Positions 24,018-36,603 of a DNA stretch of 64,000 nt are shown here, one piece after another; position 1 is the first letter of the stretch, and each line of letters opens with the position of its first letter. The stretch is taken from the NCBI RefSeq assembly GCF_006345805.1, contig NC_043004.1:51522001-51586000 (forward strand), read 5' to 3'. The notes under the pieces were generated by a model that was not told where the DNA came from, did not search any database, and was given only the letters and a program-made list of their open reading frames with translations. This DNA is from Octopus sinensis (taxonomy: Eukaryota). The position numbers and the translations under genes were made by a program.

Positions 24018-24403
24018 TGGAGGCGTAATGGCCCAGTGGTTAGGACAGCGGACTCGCGGTCGTAAGATCGTGGTTTCGATTCCCAGACCGGGCGTTGTGA
24101 GTGTTTATTGTGCGAAAACACCTAAAAGCTCCACGAGGCTCTGGCAGGGGATGGTGGTGATCCCTGCTGTACTCTTTCACCACAACTTTCTCTCACTCTT
24201 ACTTCCTGTTTCTGTTGTACCTGTATTTCAAAGGGCCGGCCTTGTCACTCTCTGTGTCACGCTGAATATCCCCGAGAACTACGTTAAGGGTACACGTGTC
24301 TGTGGAGTGCTCAGCCACTTACACGTTAATTTCACGAGCAGGCTGTTCCGTTGATCGGATCAACCGGAACCCTCATCGTCGTAACCGACGGAGTGCTTCC
24401 ATA
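24018..24403 (+). mobile_element. SINE family B with 14 bp TSD
   Basis: tgagttattattgt occurs at 24005-24018 and 24404-24417. Confidence 0.92.
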
Positions 24404-24522
24404 TGAGTTATTATTGTACTTATGTTCCCAATTGCTTAACATTAATATATCATTGCATTGTGTTGGTATACAAATCAATCTTTCTCCTCCACCACACTTC
24501 TCTTACATACATTTATACATAA

Positions 24523-24559
<37 letters not shown>

Positions 24560-24585
24560 GATAAGTAGATAGGTAGGTAGGTAGG

Positions 24586-24616
<31 letters not shown>

Positions 24617-24800
24617 ATAGATATGTAGACCTTTGCAGTAGACTTACAAATATGGCAAATTTAACTATACACTCACATAGATATCTTTCCATCCATCCGT
24701 CTGTCCGTCCGTCCATCCGTCTGTCTGTCTATTTCCTATAAATACATCACTGCTCTAATGTTCAGAGTGTGCGTCATTTTTAGATATATGATCTACTGAT

Positions 24801-24831
<31 letters not shown>

Positions 24832-24847
24832 ACACACACACACACAC

Positions 24848-24883
<36 letters not shown>

Positions 24884-24884
24884 G

Positions 24885-25278
24885 TGGAGGCGCAGTCGCC
24901 CAGTGGTTAGGGCAGCGGACTCGCGGTCGTAGGATTGCGGTTTCGATTCCCAGACCGGGCGTTGTGAGTGTTTATTGAGCGAAAACACCTAAAAGCTCCA
25001 CGAGGCTCTGGCAGGGGATGGTGGTGATCCCTGCTGTACTCTTTCACCACAACTTTCTCTCACTCTTATTTCCTGTTTCTGTTGTGCCTGTATTTCAAAG
25101 GGCCGGCTTTGTCACTCTCTGTGTCACGCTGAATATCCCCGAGAACTACGTTAAGGGTGCACGTGTCTGTGGAGTGCTCAGCCACTTACACGTTAATATC
25201 ACGAGCAGGCTGTTTCGTTGATTCGGATCAACCGGAACCCTCATCGTCGTAACCGACGGAGTGCTTCCATCCATCCAT
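24885..25278 (+). mobile_element. SINE family B
   Basis: Full consensus, tail gtgcttcca(tcca)n. Confidence 0.9.
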
Positions 25279-25287
25279 ATATATATA

Positions 25288-25670
25288 TACTAGCAGTATC
25301 GCCCGGCGTTGCTCGGGTTTGTAAGGGAAATAACTATAAAGCATTTTTAGAGAGTTATAGCCCAAAAATAGCAAAAAAATGGGGGAAAAAATGATGGTAA
25401 ATTTTTTTTGATAGTTAAAAAGGTCGAGTTGCGTCCCCTAGACCATCTGTGGTTTGTGTTTCTGATTGTCGACCCCATGTCGAATTTATCGATCTTTTTC
25501 AGAACTGGGGGAACTTTTCAAAATTTTCGCTGTGTTAGTTTTGAATTATGACATTGGGCTATGTGTGTGTCAAGTTTCATCAGAATCGGTTGAAAGCCAT
25601 GGTCAGAGTGAGGGTACAACCAAACAGACACACAGAAACACACACAGACAACTGCCGTTTATATAGAGAT
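25288..25670 (+). mobile_element. Helitron-like non-autonomous element, variant 3' half
   Basis: Same 5' end as 10967 (tactagcagtatcgcccggcgttgctcggg), then different sequence with aagtttcatcagaatcgg and (CA)n, ending tttatatagagat. Confidence 0.65.
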
Positions 25671-25815
25671 ATATATATATTATATATATATATATATATT
25701 ATATATATATATATAATGTATATATTATATATATTATAATATATACATATATATATAAATACATATATACACATACATACATGCATATATATATAGACAC
25801 ATGTATATATAAATA

Positions 25816-25861
<46 letters not shown>

Positions 25862-25863
<2 letters not shown>

Positions 25864-26703
25864 GAATTTACAAAAAACAAAAGACGAAGATGGGTGCGTA
25901 AACAACAAACAGATGTATTAGTTTAACGCTCAGGAAGTGAGAAAGTCTTTTATGTTTTGAGCCTACGCACTTCAACAGAAAGGAACACAGAAATAAACAG
26001 GGTGAGAAAATAGAAAAAGGTATGGTGGCTAGCGATCTATTATGGCTAATGCCAGACAGAGGTGTCACACAGGAGAGCTCAGAAGGAGAGATAATGAAGT
26101 AGTGGTGATCCCAAAACGAAGGTGCGCATGTGTGTATATGTGAGAGCGTGTGGAAGGGGGCTGATGACATTGACATGTGTGTGTGCCGGCTGGTGTGATG
26201 TGGTGTTGTGTGGTGTGGTGTTGTGTGGTGTGGTGGTGTGTGGTGTGGTGGTGTGTTGTGTGGTGGTGTGATGTGGTGGTGTGGTGGTGTGTGGTGTGTG
26301 GTGTGGTGGTGGTGTTGGTGTGTGGGGGAGGTGAGAGTGAGGGAAGCAAGGGTGGGTCTAAGGGTTGGGGTGGAGATGGGATGGGATGTATAGGGATGGT
26401 GGGGTTGGAATGTGTAGGGTGAGGTAATGATGAAGAGGGTAGAAGGGAGAAGGTGGGTAGGAATGAAGAGAGGAAGTAGGTGCCAGAGCAAGAGAGGAGA
26501 GGTGGGTGGGAGGAATTAGGTGTGTGAGGACGAGAGGAAAGAGGAGGAGGTTATATGAAGAGGGGAGGAGAGTTGAGCCCATAGGGCGCAAAGGAGCAAA
26601 TAGAGAAGATTAATCCCTGCTCACGGCAATGACAGGAGTCCAGATGGCCCCTGTGCAAGGACAATCCAAACACAGACAGGTGTTGTAAAGAGTGACCAGT
26701 AGA

Positions 26704-26705
<2 letters not shown>
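25862..26705 (-). mobile_element. Penelope-like element 3' end (GIY-YIG tail plus terminal repeat)
   Basis: Minus-strand TGHSLQHLSVFGLSLHRGHLDSCHCREQGLIFSICSFAPYGLNS (~26570-26705) resembles a PLE endonuclease C-terminus. A decayed hammerhead lies at 25947-25982. Confidence 0.7.
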
Positions 26706-26754
<49 letters not shown>

Positions 26755-26763
26755 ATATAATAT

Positions 26764-26925
26764 ACACTCACGGAGTGGTTGGCGTTAGGAAGGGCATCCA
26801 GCTGTAGAAATATTGCCAGATAAGACCGGAGCCTGGTGCAGCCTTCTGGCTTCCCAGATCCCCAGTTGAACCGTCCAACCCATGCTAGCATTGAGAACGG
26901 ACGTTAAACGATGATGATGATGATG
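26764..26925 (+). mobile_element. RTE LINE extreme 3' end
   Basis: ggagtggttggcgttaggaagggcatccagctgtagaaa...ggacgttaaacgatgatgatg. Confidence 0.85.
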
Positions 26926-26946
26926 ATATATATATATATATATATA

Positions 26947-27389
26947 TATAAACAACTTATAAGAAAGGGCTAAAGAAAATTATTTCAAAGCCAATATGCT
27001 GATTTTCCATATATAATCTACTCACTACAGAAAAATTGAACTGAAGTCAGGCAAGCTAACCGTTAGAATATTTAAATTTCGTTATCTCTATATTGAATCA
27101 ATTTCGGAATTAATCTCATAAAGGATTTATTCGTCTTCAGTAGAGCTTATGAGAGAATATAAATAAGATACTTACATGCACCCATGGAAAAAGCCGAAGC
27201 AAAAAACATGAGTACACTTAAGTACCCCATTTATATCTAAAAATAAAAATTCTTTGGTCAGCCTCAGAACAACGTGTTGGCTTGCCCGACTTCAGTTCAA
27301 TTTTTCTGTAGTGAGTAGATTATATGTGGAAAATCAGCATATTGGCTTTGAAATAATTTTCTTTAGCCCTTTCTTATAAGTTGGTTATA
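26947..27389. mobile_element. MITE / foldback with ~110 bp TIRs
   Basis: 26947-27060 (aacttataagaaagggctaaagaaaattatttcaaagccaatatgctgattttcc...gcaagctaac) is the near-perfect reverse complement of 27276-27389. Confidence 0.88.
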
Positions 27390-27482
27390 ATTTTAACCGC
27401 AAGGGTATTTTAATATGCTGCCACATTTCTTGATGGAATTCTTTTCTGTAGAGAAAAAAACTTCATCCTATATTAGTAGTAG

Positions 27483-27513
<31 letters not shown>

Positions 27514-27621
27514 TATATATACATGCATATATATACATACATGTATATATACATTTATGTATGTATGTGTATATATATGTATAAAGAAGGCTACAAATGA
27601 CTCATATTTTTTTGCCTGTCC

Positions 27622-28461
27622 TTCTAATTGTTGTTTCTCTTGTCTGCCTTTGTATCACCTACTTATCTGAATGTTTTATTGTCCTCTATTGCATTTTTGT
27701 TCCATTTTTATATTTATATATATACATATTGTGGCATACGTACACGCTTGTGCTCACCTTACATTTGGTATGTATCTAAACTTTGTATGACTCTTACTCT
27801 ATTTTTTACTCCCCCTCTTACTTTCTTACTTTTTTCTTTTTCTCACGCCCCCTCTCTCTCACATTTCTTGGACCTCTCTTTCTTTAACTTCCACTATTTC
27901 CCACTCATTTATTTCCCCTGTACCTTTCTTTTTGTCTCTGATTTTTTGCTAATCCTTCAATCCCGCTGTCCTCTACCCATTTCTCCTCCTTCCACGTGAC
28001 CAGTGTCAGGCCAACCATAATCTTTCTTTCTTGGCCTGACTGCCGACCACCAACACCTCTTATGTCCGTCTCTTATGTTCCTGCCTTTAAGCTTTGACTT
28101 AATAAACGCCAGCCCAATTGGATTCGTTCTCAGTTGAAAGACACCTGTTGTTATTTTCTTGTTGTTTGTATATATAATTGTGTACCATGTTCTCCGTTTT
28201 TTTTTTTTTGTCTTTGTTGCCGTACACATTCACTAGATTCCTTACAAAGGGGTTTAATGCTCTTAGCTTAGACTTTTTGGGGGGCAACCAGATCAAACCG
28301 TCTCAAGTGTAACTGCTCAAAATGGTTGTGACTTCGGGTACTTGACTGAGGAGAGAAGGTTACGAATTCTAATTGCTATTCTCTTGTCTGCCTTTGTATC
28401 ATTTATCTGTCCGAATGTTTTATTGTCCCCTATTGCATTTTTGTTCCATTTATATATATAC
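27622..28461 (+). repeat. Two ~100 bp direct repeats ~745 bp apart (possible Penelope-type partial tandem termini)
   Basis: ttctaattg..tctcttgtctgcctttgtatca..gaatgttttattgtcc..tattgcatttttgttccattt at 27622-27726 and 28367-28461. Confidence 0.75.
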
Positions 28462-28637
28462 AAAATAAGAAAATGGAGGAACAGATTCATTTCAATCATC
28501 AACTTACAGATAATACCAATTCATATAATTTATTAACTAATTAAATAGGAACATCCAAATCCAACAAAATAAAACAGAATAAAACGATATACATCAATAA
28601 GTAAGATAATACCATAAAAATAATACAAAAAAAATGG

Positions 28638-28763
28638 ATCTTACAGCTGTTTCAGCCTGTAGATAAAGATATCTCATTGTGCCTATATTAGTCAGATGTA
28701 TTGAGGTAATATGCAGTTAAAAATGAGTTACTTATATATATATTTCAAGGCCTCATCAGAGAT
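28638..28763 (-). ncRNA. Type I hammerhead ribozyme, canonical core, extended stem II
   Basis: Minus strand: AUCU CUGAUGA GGCCU [89 nt] AGGCU GAAAC AGCU GUA AGAU. Stem I is AUCU/AGAU, stem II is GGCCU/AGGCU, stem III region ACAGCUGU is palindromic, and the cleavage site is GUA. Confidence 0.72.
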
Positions 28764-29449
28764 TATAAAGTACAATTATGAAGATATAAAATGCAAATAT
28801 GAATATGAAACAAAATACACATACACAAGAATATATATGTGTGTGTGTGTGTGTGTTTGTGTGTGTGTGTATACATATATATATACACATATACATAAGT
28901 ATATATATAATAATATACATACACATAAGGTTACAGTTAATCAAATATATATACTGGAGTATACATATATATCCACATCAAAGGGTACATATACAAAGTC
29001 CAAAGTTCATTGTATTACATTACTAAAAACTATTAATATTATTATTATTATTATTATTAATAATACCAATAATGGAATATGTGCATTCTGCTATTCACAA
29101 TACATAGTAGATGGAAAATACCACATAAAATATAGTATAATATAATACAGTGTAACACAATATAATATAATATATTGTATATTACATATATAATATAGTA
29201 TAACATAATATATAGACAGATGCCTATGGGAGATGCCAGCACATTAATTCAATAAATAATGTAATATAATATACAATGTCATTATATTCATATATCATAC
29301 AGCGAAAATCGAAACTTTAGTCTAAATCTGCATACATATGTACACACACAGGTAACAAATACATGCACATGTATAGATAAAAACTATAAATCAGTAAGGT
29401 ACAATAAATGTGATGAATTCCTATAGATAGTTATAGTTATTCTAATTGT

Positions 29450-30972
29450 TGCCATCTCTTCATCACTGGAATTCTCTCCAATAGGATCTGGGTCATCAAT
29501 ATCTTGTTCAAACATTAATTCATCTTCAGTACTATCAAGAGCATTACTAATACCACATTTTCATAACTACCTCTTCTTTTACAGCATTCCATCAACATTT
29601 TACACACTCACACACCTGTGTAATAGTAAGACCCTTCCTTCTTCCTGTTGGTGTCACTTCAAAATTTGAAGATTGCATCCACCTGCCCCACTCCTCCTGC
29701 ATAAATCTTTTAAATGGTTTATTGTTTGAAACATCTAAAAGCTATAACTGGTTGGTTAGACCTCCTGAAATTACAGCCAACTGGTTCTTCAGTTCTCCAA
29801 GTTTCTTCTTGACAAGCTCAGTTCTATGAGTCCAAAACTGGTCCCAAACTAATAAAGCCTGGACCACACTTGATCAAACCATAATTTCATTCCTCCCTAA
29901 TCCATCCAACCTTTTAAGGGGACATGAACATAAATGTCATTGGGTATCCTTTCTTTAGGCAATGTTTTTCTTTAAAAATACAACTGTGTAGTGTGTCTTT
30001 TTATGGCCACATGTTTTAACAGTCATAGTTTTAGCATTCTTGGATTCTACTGTCTTGATTGATGGCACATCAAATGTCAAAGAGACTTCGTTCATATTTG
30101 CTATCTGTGAAACTTCAAAATTAACCTCTTTTCTTGCATATTCAGGGGAATTTTTTGTGCTATTCATCATCATCATCATCATCATCGTTTAACGTCCGTT
30201 TTCCGCGCTAGCACGGGTTGGACGATTTGACCGGGGTCTGGGAAGCCAGGGGCTGCACCAGGCTCCAGTCTGATCTGGCAGAGTTTCTACAGCTGGATGC
30301 CCTTCCTAACGCCAACCACTCCGCGAGTGTAGTGGGTGCTTTTTACGTGCCACCTGCACAGGTGCCAGGGGGGTCCGGCATCGGCCATGATCGGTTGGAG
30401 CTTTCAACGTGCCACCAGCACGGAAGCCAGCCAAGGCGGCACTGGCAACGGCCACATTCAGATGGTGCTTTTTATGTGCCACCGGTACAGAAGCCAGTCG
30501 GGGCAGCGCTGGCATCAGCCACATTCAGATGGTGCTTTTTATGTGCTACCGGCACAGAAGCCAGTCGAGGCAGCACTGGCTACAGCCCTTGTCCTTTATT
30601 TCTCCTCATAAATCTGGAACACCATGATGTTGACCCTTTAAAATCATTGATATTTCTGTTCATTGCTGTAAGTCTTGAATAGTACAAAATCATTTTAGTG
30701 GATGCCGGAAGTCTGATCTTCTTTGGGATAAAACCCATGCTTTAGTTCTTCTTCTTGTTCAGGCTGCTTTACAACTCCCCTGCAGAGGCAGTGTTTGCTG
30801 TGTTCAGTAGTTTTCAGCTGCTCTTCTTGTTTCCTCCAAGTCCTAACCATTATCTTGGCTGTTGGTGGACCAAAATACTGAGCATCTGCCCTATTACCAT
30901 AGTCTTTTGGTTATGCTTTGACATCTAGTTTAAATTTGATGTTACAACAATGCCTTTTTGTTTTTCAGCCAT
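29450..30972 (-). mobile_element. Degenerate pogo/Tigger-type (DDE_1) transposon interrupted by an RTE 3' end
   Basis: N-terminal KFKLDVK..YGNRA..VRTWRKQ; MNEVSLTFDVPSIKTVESKNAKTMTVKTCGHKKTHYTVV; LAVISGGLTNQL*LLDVSNNKPFK; CGISNALDSTED. Confidence 0.75.
30165..30588 (-). mobile_element. RTE LINE 3' fragment with internal minisatellite
   Basis: (cat)n tail, tttaacgtccgttttcc terminus, and tandem gatggtgctttttatgtg units. Confidence 0.85.
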
Positions 30973-30982
30973 GGGTTTAGAC

Positions 30983-31389
30983 TACTCTTTTACTCTTTTA
31001 CTCTTTTACTTGTTTCAGTCATTTGACTGCGGCCATGCTGGAGCACCACCTTTAGTCGAGCAAATCGACCCCAGGACTTATTCTTTGTAAGCCCAGTACT
31101 TATTCTATCGGTCTCTTTTGCCGAACCGCTAAGTTACGGGGACGTAAACACACCAGCATCGGTTGTCAAGCAATGCTAGGGGGACAAACACAGACACACA
31201 AACACACACATATATATACATATATACGACGGGCTTCTTTCAGTTTCCGTCTACCAAATCCACTCACAAGGCATTGGTTGGCCCGGGGCTATAGCACAAG
31301 ACACTTGCCCAAGATGCCACGCAGTGGGACTCAACCCGGAACCATGTGGTTGGTTAGCAAGCTACTTACCACACAGCCACTCCTGCGCC
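30983..31389 (-). mobile_element. SINE family A
   Basis: Reverse complement of the family A consensus. Confidence 0.9.
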
Positions 31390-32101
31390 TATGACTCTGT
31401 ATGATATTTAATGTAAATAAGCTTACTGGTGTGTTATGGGAAACTACCCTCGACTCTTGCCTCCTCTCACATCAGTTGTATAATTGCTTATATTTTGGGC
31501 GAGAGAATTGCTATATAGGATGTGAAACTCGTATTTCTGGATGTGATGTTTTGTGTTACTGTGATAGGCCACAATGTGGATGATAAGGGAAAAAATATTA
31601 AAAGAGCCAAACACAAATGAATGACCAAGAAAGGAATACAAGATGCACGTGCTATTGTAAAAGTGAAGTCTCTGACACAACATCTTATCTGATCATTGCA
31701 AATGGCTGCAAGCCAGATGAAAGTTTATTTACACTCCTTTCAAATTTTTAGGAGCAGTTTTCATTTAGATAATGTAATACATATATCAGGTATGTATACT
31801 GGGGAAGGAGGTAAGTGAGATGAAGTGAGCTTCCCTCATAACTACTGGCATATGGTAAGCAATTTTTTATAAGTTTGGAATAACAGACTGTGATAATTAG
31901 ACTTGTTTTCAATATTTTATCATTAGCAACAATTTTTGTGCCTAGGAATCTCACCCAGTATGCTCGTCCGGTTCCCTAGCCTATGGTGTTCAGTTTCCCA
32001 TTCATGATATGGCCATATTAAATAATACAGTTAGAAATAAGAAACATGCATCCAATCTGCTGGCAAATATGGTATATGCCTGCACCATACACTACCTACA
32101 C

Positions 32102-32320
32102 CAGTGGTTTTCAACCAGGGTTCCTTGAAACCTTAGAGTTCTGCCAGTACAGTCCAGGGGTTCCGCAAGAAGTTACAAAAATGCTAAAATCGGCAGTAAT
32201 TTTTAATTCTCCTGTGCAGACATGTGTGCATAAGACTATTAAATTATTGCACAGGGGTTCCTCAAGCCAGTGGAATGTTTCCTTGGGGTTCCGCTCCAGC
32301 AAAAAGTTTGAAAAGCACTG
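32102..32320. mobile_element. hAT-superfamily MITE with perfect 8 bp TSD
   Basis: TIRs cagtggttttcaac / tttgaaaagcactg; acctacac at 32094-32101 and 32321-32328. Confidence 0.88.
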
Positions 32321-33365
32321 ACCTACACAATAAAATAAAAATACCAAAACTAGGAGATCATTGAGACATATAAGGGTCACAGTTTATTGCTACAGCAGGT
32401 TTAACCCTTTTGTCGTCATATTTTAATTTGGAAACAATGATGAATTAAGTAAATTTTGTATTTCTCTGTAGATTGAAAAAATAATGAACAGCCTTAATTG
32501 ATTTTTCACCTTTAATGAAGTTTCATCAGAGGTGTTTACATTGCTTAACCAATCTTAGAAAAACATATAAAAGGTTAAGACCCCCTTTAGTCCTGAATGA
32601 CCATGGGATTGCACCAAGAAAGTCACCCTGTGAAGCACAAGTCTTGGCAAGGTTGTTTATGGAAGACCAGCAGTCACCCATGCATACCACCCTCCCGTCT
32701 CCATGCCACTGATGCTGTCCAAGAGAAAAGCGAAAGCTGATACAGCTTGGCACCAGTGACGTCGCAAATCAGTTCAACAGTTAAGTGAATTGGATCAACG
32801 TGAAATCGAACTCACTGCCTCATGATCAACGAGCTTAATGCTCTAACCCATTAGTATTTAGATTGCTCTCTCAAACATAATGTTTATTTACTCACAGTGT
32901 TTTGAAGTAATCCTGTTTTATCTTGTTGCTAAGAGATTTTCAAGATGTGGTGGTTTATTTTTAGAATAACAGTGCAGAACAGGTGTGAGAGGTCAGATCA
33001 GGCCAGTTTTATCATACGATTGGTAGAATATGTAGGTCAGACACTGATTGCTTTTTATTCGCCAGATATGATTCAGTGCCGGCCATTGGACAGGGGGGGG
33101 AGTTTTGCTTGTAGACATATACAACTCAAAAGACATTTATTTCATTGGACTCGTTACTTATAACATATTGACATTCACACTTAACATTATTGTGCTATTT
33201 ATTCTGCATAACCTGATTATTTTCTATAAATAGGTAACCCCATTACTTATACATGGGTGTGCATTTGTCAGTGAATGCGTGTATAGTTGGGACATGTCAG
33301 AAGAATCACAAGAAGCTCTTAAAAAATCAGTCCATCCAATGAGAATCTATAATACATAATAATAA

Positions 33366-33536
33366 GGCGCAGGAGTGGCTGTGTGGTAAGTAGCTTGCTA
33401 ACCAACCACATGGTTCCGGGTTCAGTCCCACTGCGTGGCATCTTGGGCAAGTGTCTTCTGCTATAGCCTCGGGCCGACCAATGCCTTGTGAGTGGATTTG
33501 GTAGACGGAAACTGAAAGAAGCCCATCGTATATATG

Positions 33537-33585
<49 letters not shown>

Positions 33586-33772
33586 TTGTCCCCCTAGCAT
33601 TGCTTGACAACCGATGCTGGTGTGTTTATGTCCCCGTCACTTAGCGGTTCGGCAAAAGAGACCGAAAGAATAAGTACTGGGCTTACAAAGAATAAGTCCC
33701 AGGGTCGATTTGCTCGACTAAAGGCGGTGCTCCAGCATGGCCGCAGTCAAATGACTGAAACAAGTAAAAGAG
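33366..33772 (+). mobile_element. SINE family A
   Basis: Full consensus match. Confidence 0.9.
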
Positions 33773-34336
33773 GTCACCCGGATTTTTATTGACACTTCTC
33801 AGTCATTATCTAGAAACACTTATAATCAAGCATGACACTACATAGAAATATACAGAATAAATATAAAGAGGTGTTGATGTGGTTTAATGGTTGAAAAGTT
33901 CACTTTGGAACGACATGAGGCTGGAGTTCAGTCCCACTGCATAGCATTTCAGGTAGGTGTCTTTAGACTAAAGCTCCAGGCCAACTGATGTTTTCAGAAT
34001 GAAATATTTTGTGTGGTGTAGTAGTGTATTAGCTGAAACGTAGTATTGGTGAAGGTGGCAGTAGTGGTGGTGTTCTGGTGCTAAACTACACAGAAACCCA
34101 CTCTATGTACATTACACACAGACACACACACACACACACACACATGTCTATACAACATATAACTTATGTAAAAAGATTAAAGTCTAAACATACAAAATGA
34201 CTGATATTAGGTTAAATTATGATATCTATATTTCTAAACATGGTGGTCAAGTTGTTATGTAAATAAAGAGATACAGTTGATAAGATGGAAGGAAATAAAT
34301 AGGAGTGCAGAAAGTGTCTAAGTGTCTACTATATAT

Positions 34337-34754
34337 ACTCTTTACTCTTTTACTTGTTTCAGTCATTTGACTGCGGCCATGCTGGAGCACCGCCTTTAAT
34401 CGAGCAACTCAACCCCGGGACTTATTCTTTTGTAAGCCCAGTACTTATTCTATCGATCTCTTTTGCTGAACTGCTAAGTAACGGGGACATAAGCACACCA
34501 GCATCGGTTGTCAAGCAATGCTAGGGGGACAAACACAGACACACAAACACACACGCACATATATATATATATATTATATATATATATATACATATATATG
34601 ACGGGCTTCTTTCAGTTTCCGTCTACCAAATCCACTCACAAGGCTTTGGTCAGCCTGAGGCTATAGTAGAAGACACATGCTCAAGGTGCCACGCAGTGGG
34701 ACTGAACCCGGAACCATGTGGTTGGTAAACAAGCTACTTACCACACAGCCACTC
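34337..34754 (-). mobile_element. SINE family A
   Basis: Reverse complement of the consensus. Confidence 0.9.
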
Positions 34755-34845
34755 ATGTGTGTGTAAATACATACATACATACATGTATGTATGTATGTAT
34801 GTTTGTATGTATACATACACGAGTGCGCAGACACACACACATATA

Positions 34846-35067
34846 TATGAAGGTGAGCTGAAAAGTTCCTGGCTTTGAATAAAAGAAAATACAGGAGACT
34901 CGGTTAATTATGATTGCATTCAACTTATTCCTCTCTCAGATTCACACACTTTATTGCAACATCCCTTCAGTTTTTCTAAGCCCACTAAAACAACTCAGAA
35001 GGTTGTCCCTCCAGCCAGGCCTTTCGCGATACCCTTAAAGCCAGGAACCTTTCAGTACCCCATCATA
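34846..35067. mobile_element. Mariner-type MITE
   Basis: TIRs tatgaaggtgagctgaaaagttcctggcttt / aaagccaggaacctttcagtaccccatcata in TA context; a related copy lies at 54462-54668. Confidence 0.75.
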
Positions 35068-35611
35068 TATTTTATCTTTTAATTATTTCAATCATTAGAC
35101 TCCAGCCATGCTGGGGCAGCACCTTGCAGAATTTTTAGTCGAATCAGTCAACCCCAGTATTATTTTTTGCTAAGCCTGGTACTTATTCTATCACTCCTTT
35201 TGCTGAAACGCTAAGTTACTGGGTCTCAAATTTAGGTTAAATCAGTGTTTCTCAAAGGGGAGGCCTATGGAATGGTCGGACAAGTTGTTTTGAGAAAATT
35301 TGGTTTAAATGTGTGTGTGCGTGTGTCGGCTTCCATACCTGAAACTTCTCCTCAAGTTCTGATAGTGACTCAGCTATTAGAGCAAGGTCATCAACATAGA
35401 GAAACTCCTATGAGGTCGGGGAAACTGAATGAGCTAGTTTATATAGGGTAGGGTGGGGTGGGGAGCAGAGGTAAAGTGTTGGGAGAGGCAAGTTGTTAAT
35501 GAAACTGAGAGAGAAAGAGAGAAAGAGAGAGACCAGAGTTAGGCTGGTCGAAGACAGAACACAAAAAGACAGAATTTGGGGATTTAGGGTAACATAATTG
35601 AATGAATGGGC

Positions 35612-35680
<69 letters not shown>

Positions 35681-35707
35681 TGATTTATTGTTGTTATTAT
35701 TATTATT

Positions 35708-35950
35708 GAGTGAGAGAGCAGTTCATGCCATCAAAGTGACACTGGGGTAAAATATACGAAGCCCAATATACCCATCATGACTACCCGTCTGATAAAGGTA
35801 CACCAGGCACATGCATCACAACCATATGTGCGCGACATGGTGATCTCATATCAAGATAAACAGCACATGACCTTGCAGGTGGGGCCCAGTTAGAATTTTC
35901 TTCAGGTTGAGTAGCCCATCCTGCTCAAACGGTCCCTGAATAAGGGTTGC
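35708..35950 (-). mobile_element. Partial copy of the (TAA)n-bounded 530 bp element
   Basis: Near-identical to 21340-21585. Confidence 0.8.
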
Positions 35951-35968
35951 TATTATTATTATTATTAT

Positions 35969-36603
35969 AAATCATATTATCTCTAGCTGCCCAGTCCTGG
36001 CTAAGAAGGAATGTATTCACAGACATGACAGAGTTGGAACCTACATACATTGGAAGCTATGCCAACATTATGGAATAACAACAGAAAAAAGATGGTATAG
36101 GCACACACCAGAAAAGGTCACAGAAAACGAGAAAGCAACCATACTCTGGGATATGCCGATACACACAGATAGAGAAATTAAGGCCAACAGACCAGATATA
36201 GTTGTCAGAGATCATGAAGAAAAAAAATGCTTTCTAATTGATGTATCAATACCGGCAGATGACAACGTGTCTCTAAAAGAAATGGAGAAACTCTCAAAAT
36301 ACAAAGACCTGGAAATAGAGGTAACTAGAATGTGGAATCTGAAAACAGAAACAATTCCTATCATAGTAGGTGCATTAGGCATGATAAAAAAATATTCAGA
36401 CAAATACATAACAAAAACACCAGGACTTACAAACACATATAACATACAGAAAATTGCACTACTAGGCACTGCACACATCCTACGCAGAATACTTTCCATA
36501 CAATAACCATCAGAGCATCACAACAAATCACAGCACATACCCAAGGCACACAGAGCTGCGCTCAGTAGTGAAGTGAAAGCACGCTATAAAAATAAAACTA
36601 CTG
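35969..36603 (+). mobile_element. 5'-truncated Dong/R4 LINE
   Basis: NHIISSCPVLAKKECIHRHDRVG; ORF 36153-36506 with RPDIVV..LIDVSIP..KLSKYKDL..ALLGTAHILRR; 3' UTR then (aat)n. Same subfamily as 13538-14203. Confidence 0.9.

Noticed and set aside
24018-24095. tRNA genes suggested by A/B-box-like heads (all SINE A, B and C copies)
   Set aside because: No complete cloverleaf or acceptor stem; each continues into a SINE body and several have TSDs.
31400-33360. Non-repeat stretches examined as upstream exons of the GAREM-like gene
   Set aside because: No ORF with paired splice sites or recognisable CABIT-like sequence; RNA-seq is needed.
35243-35302. Miniature hAT-like element (cagtgtttctcaaa ... 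tttgagaaaatttg)
   Set aside because: Only ~60 bp, with one degenerate TIR and an imperfect TSD.
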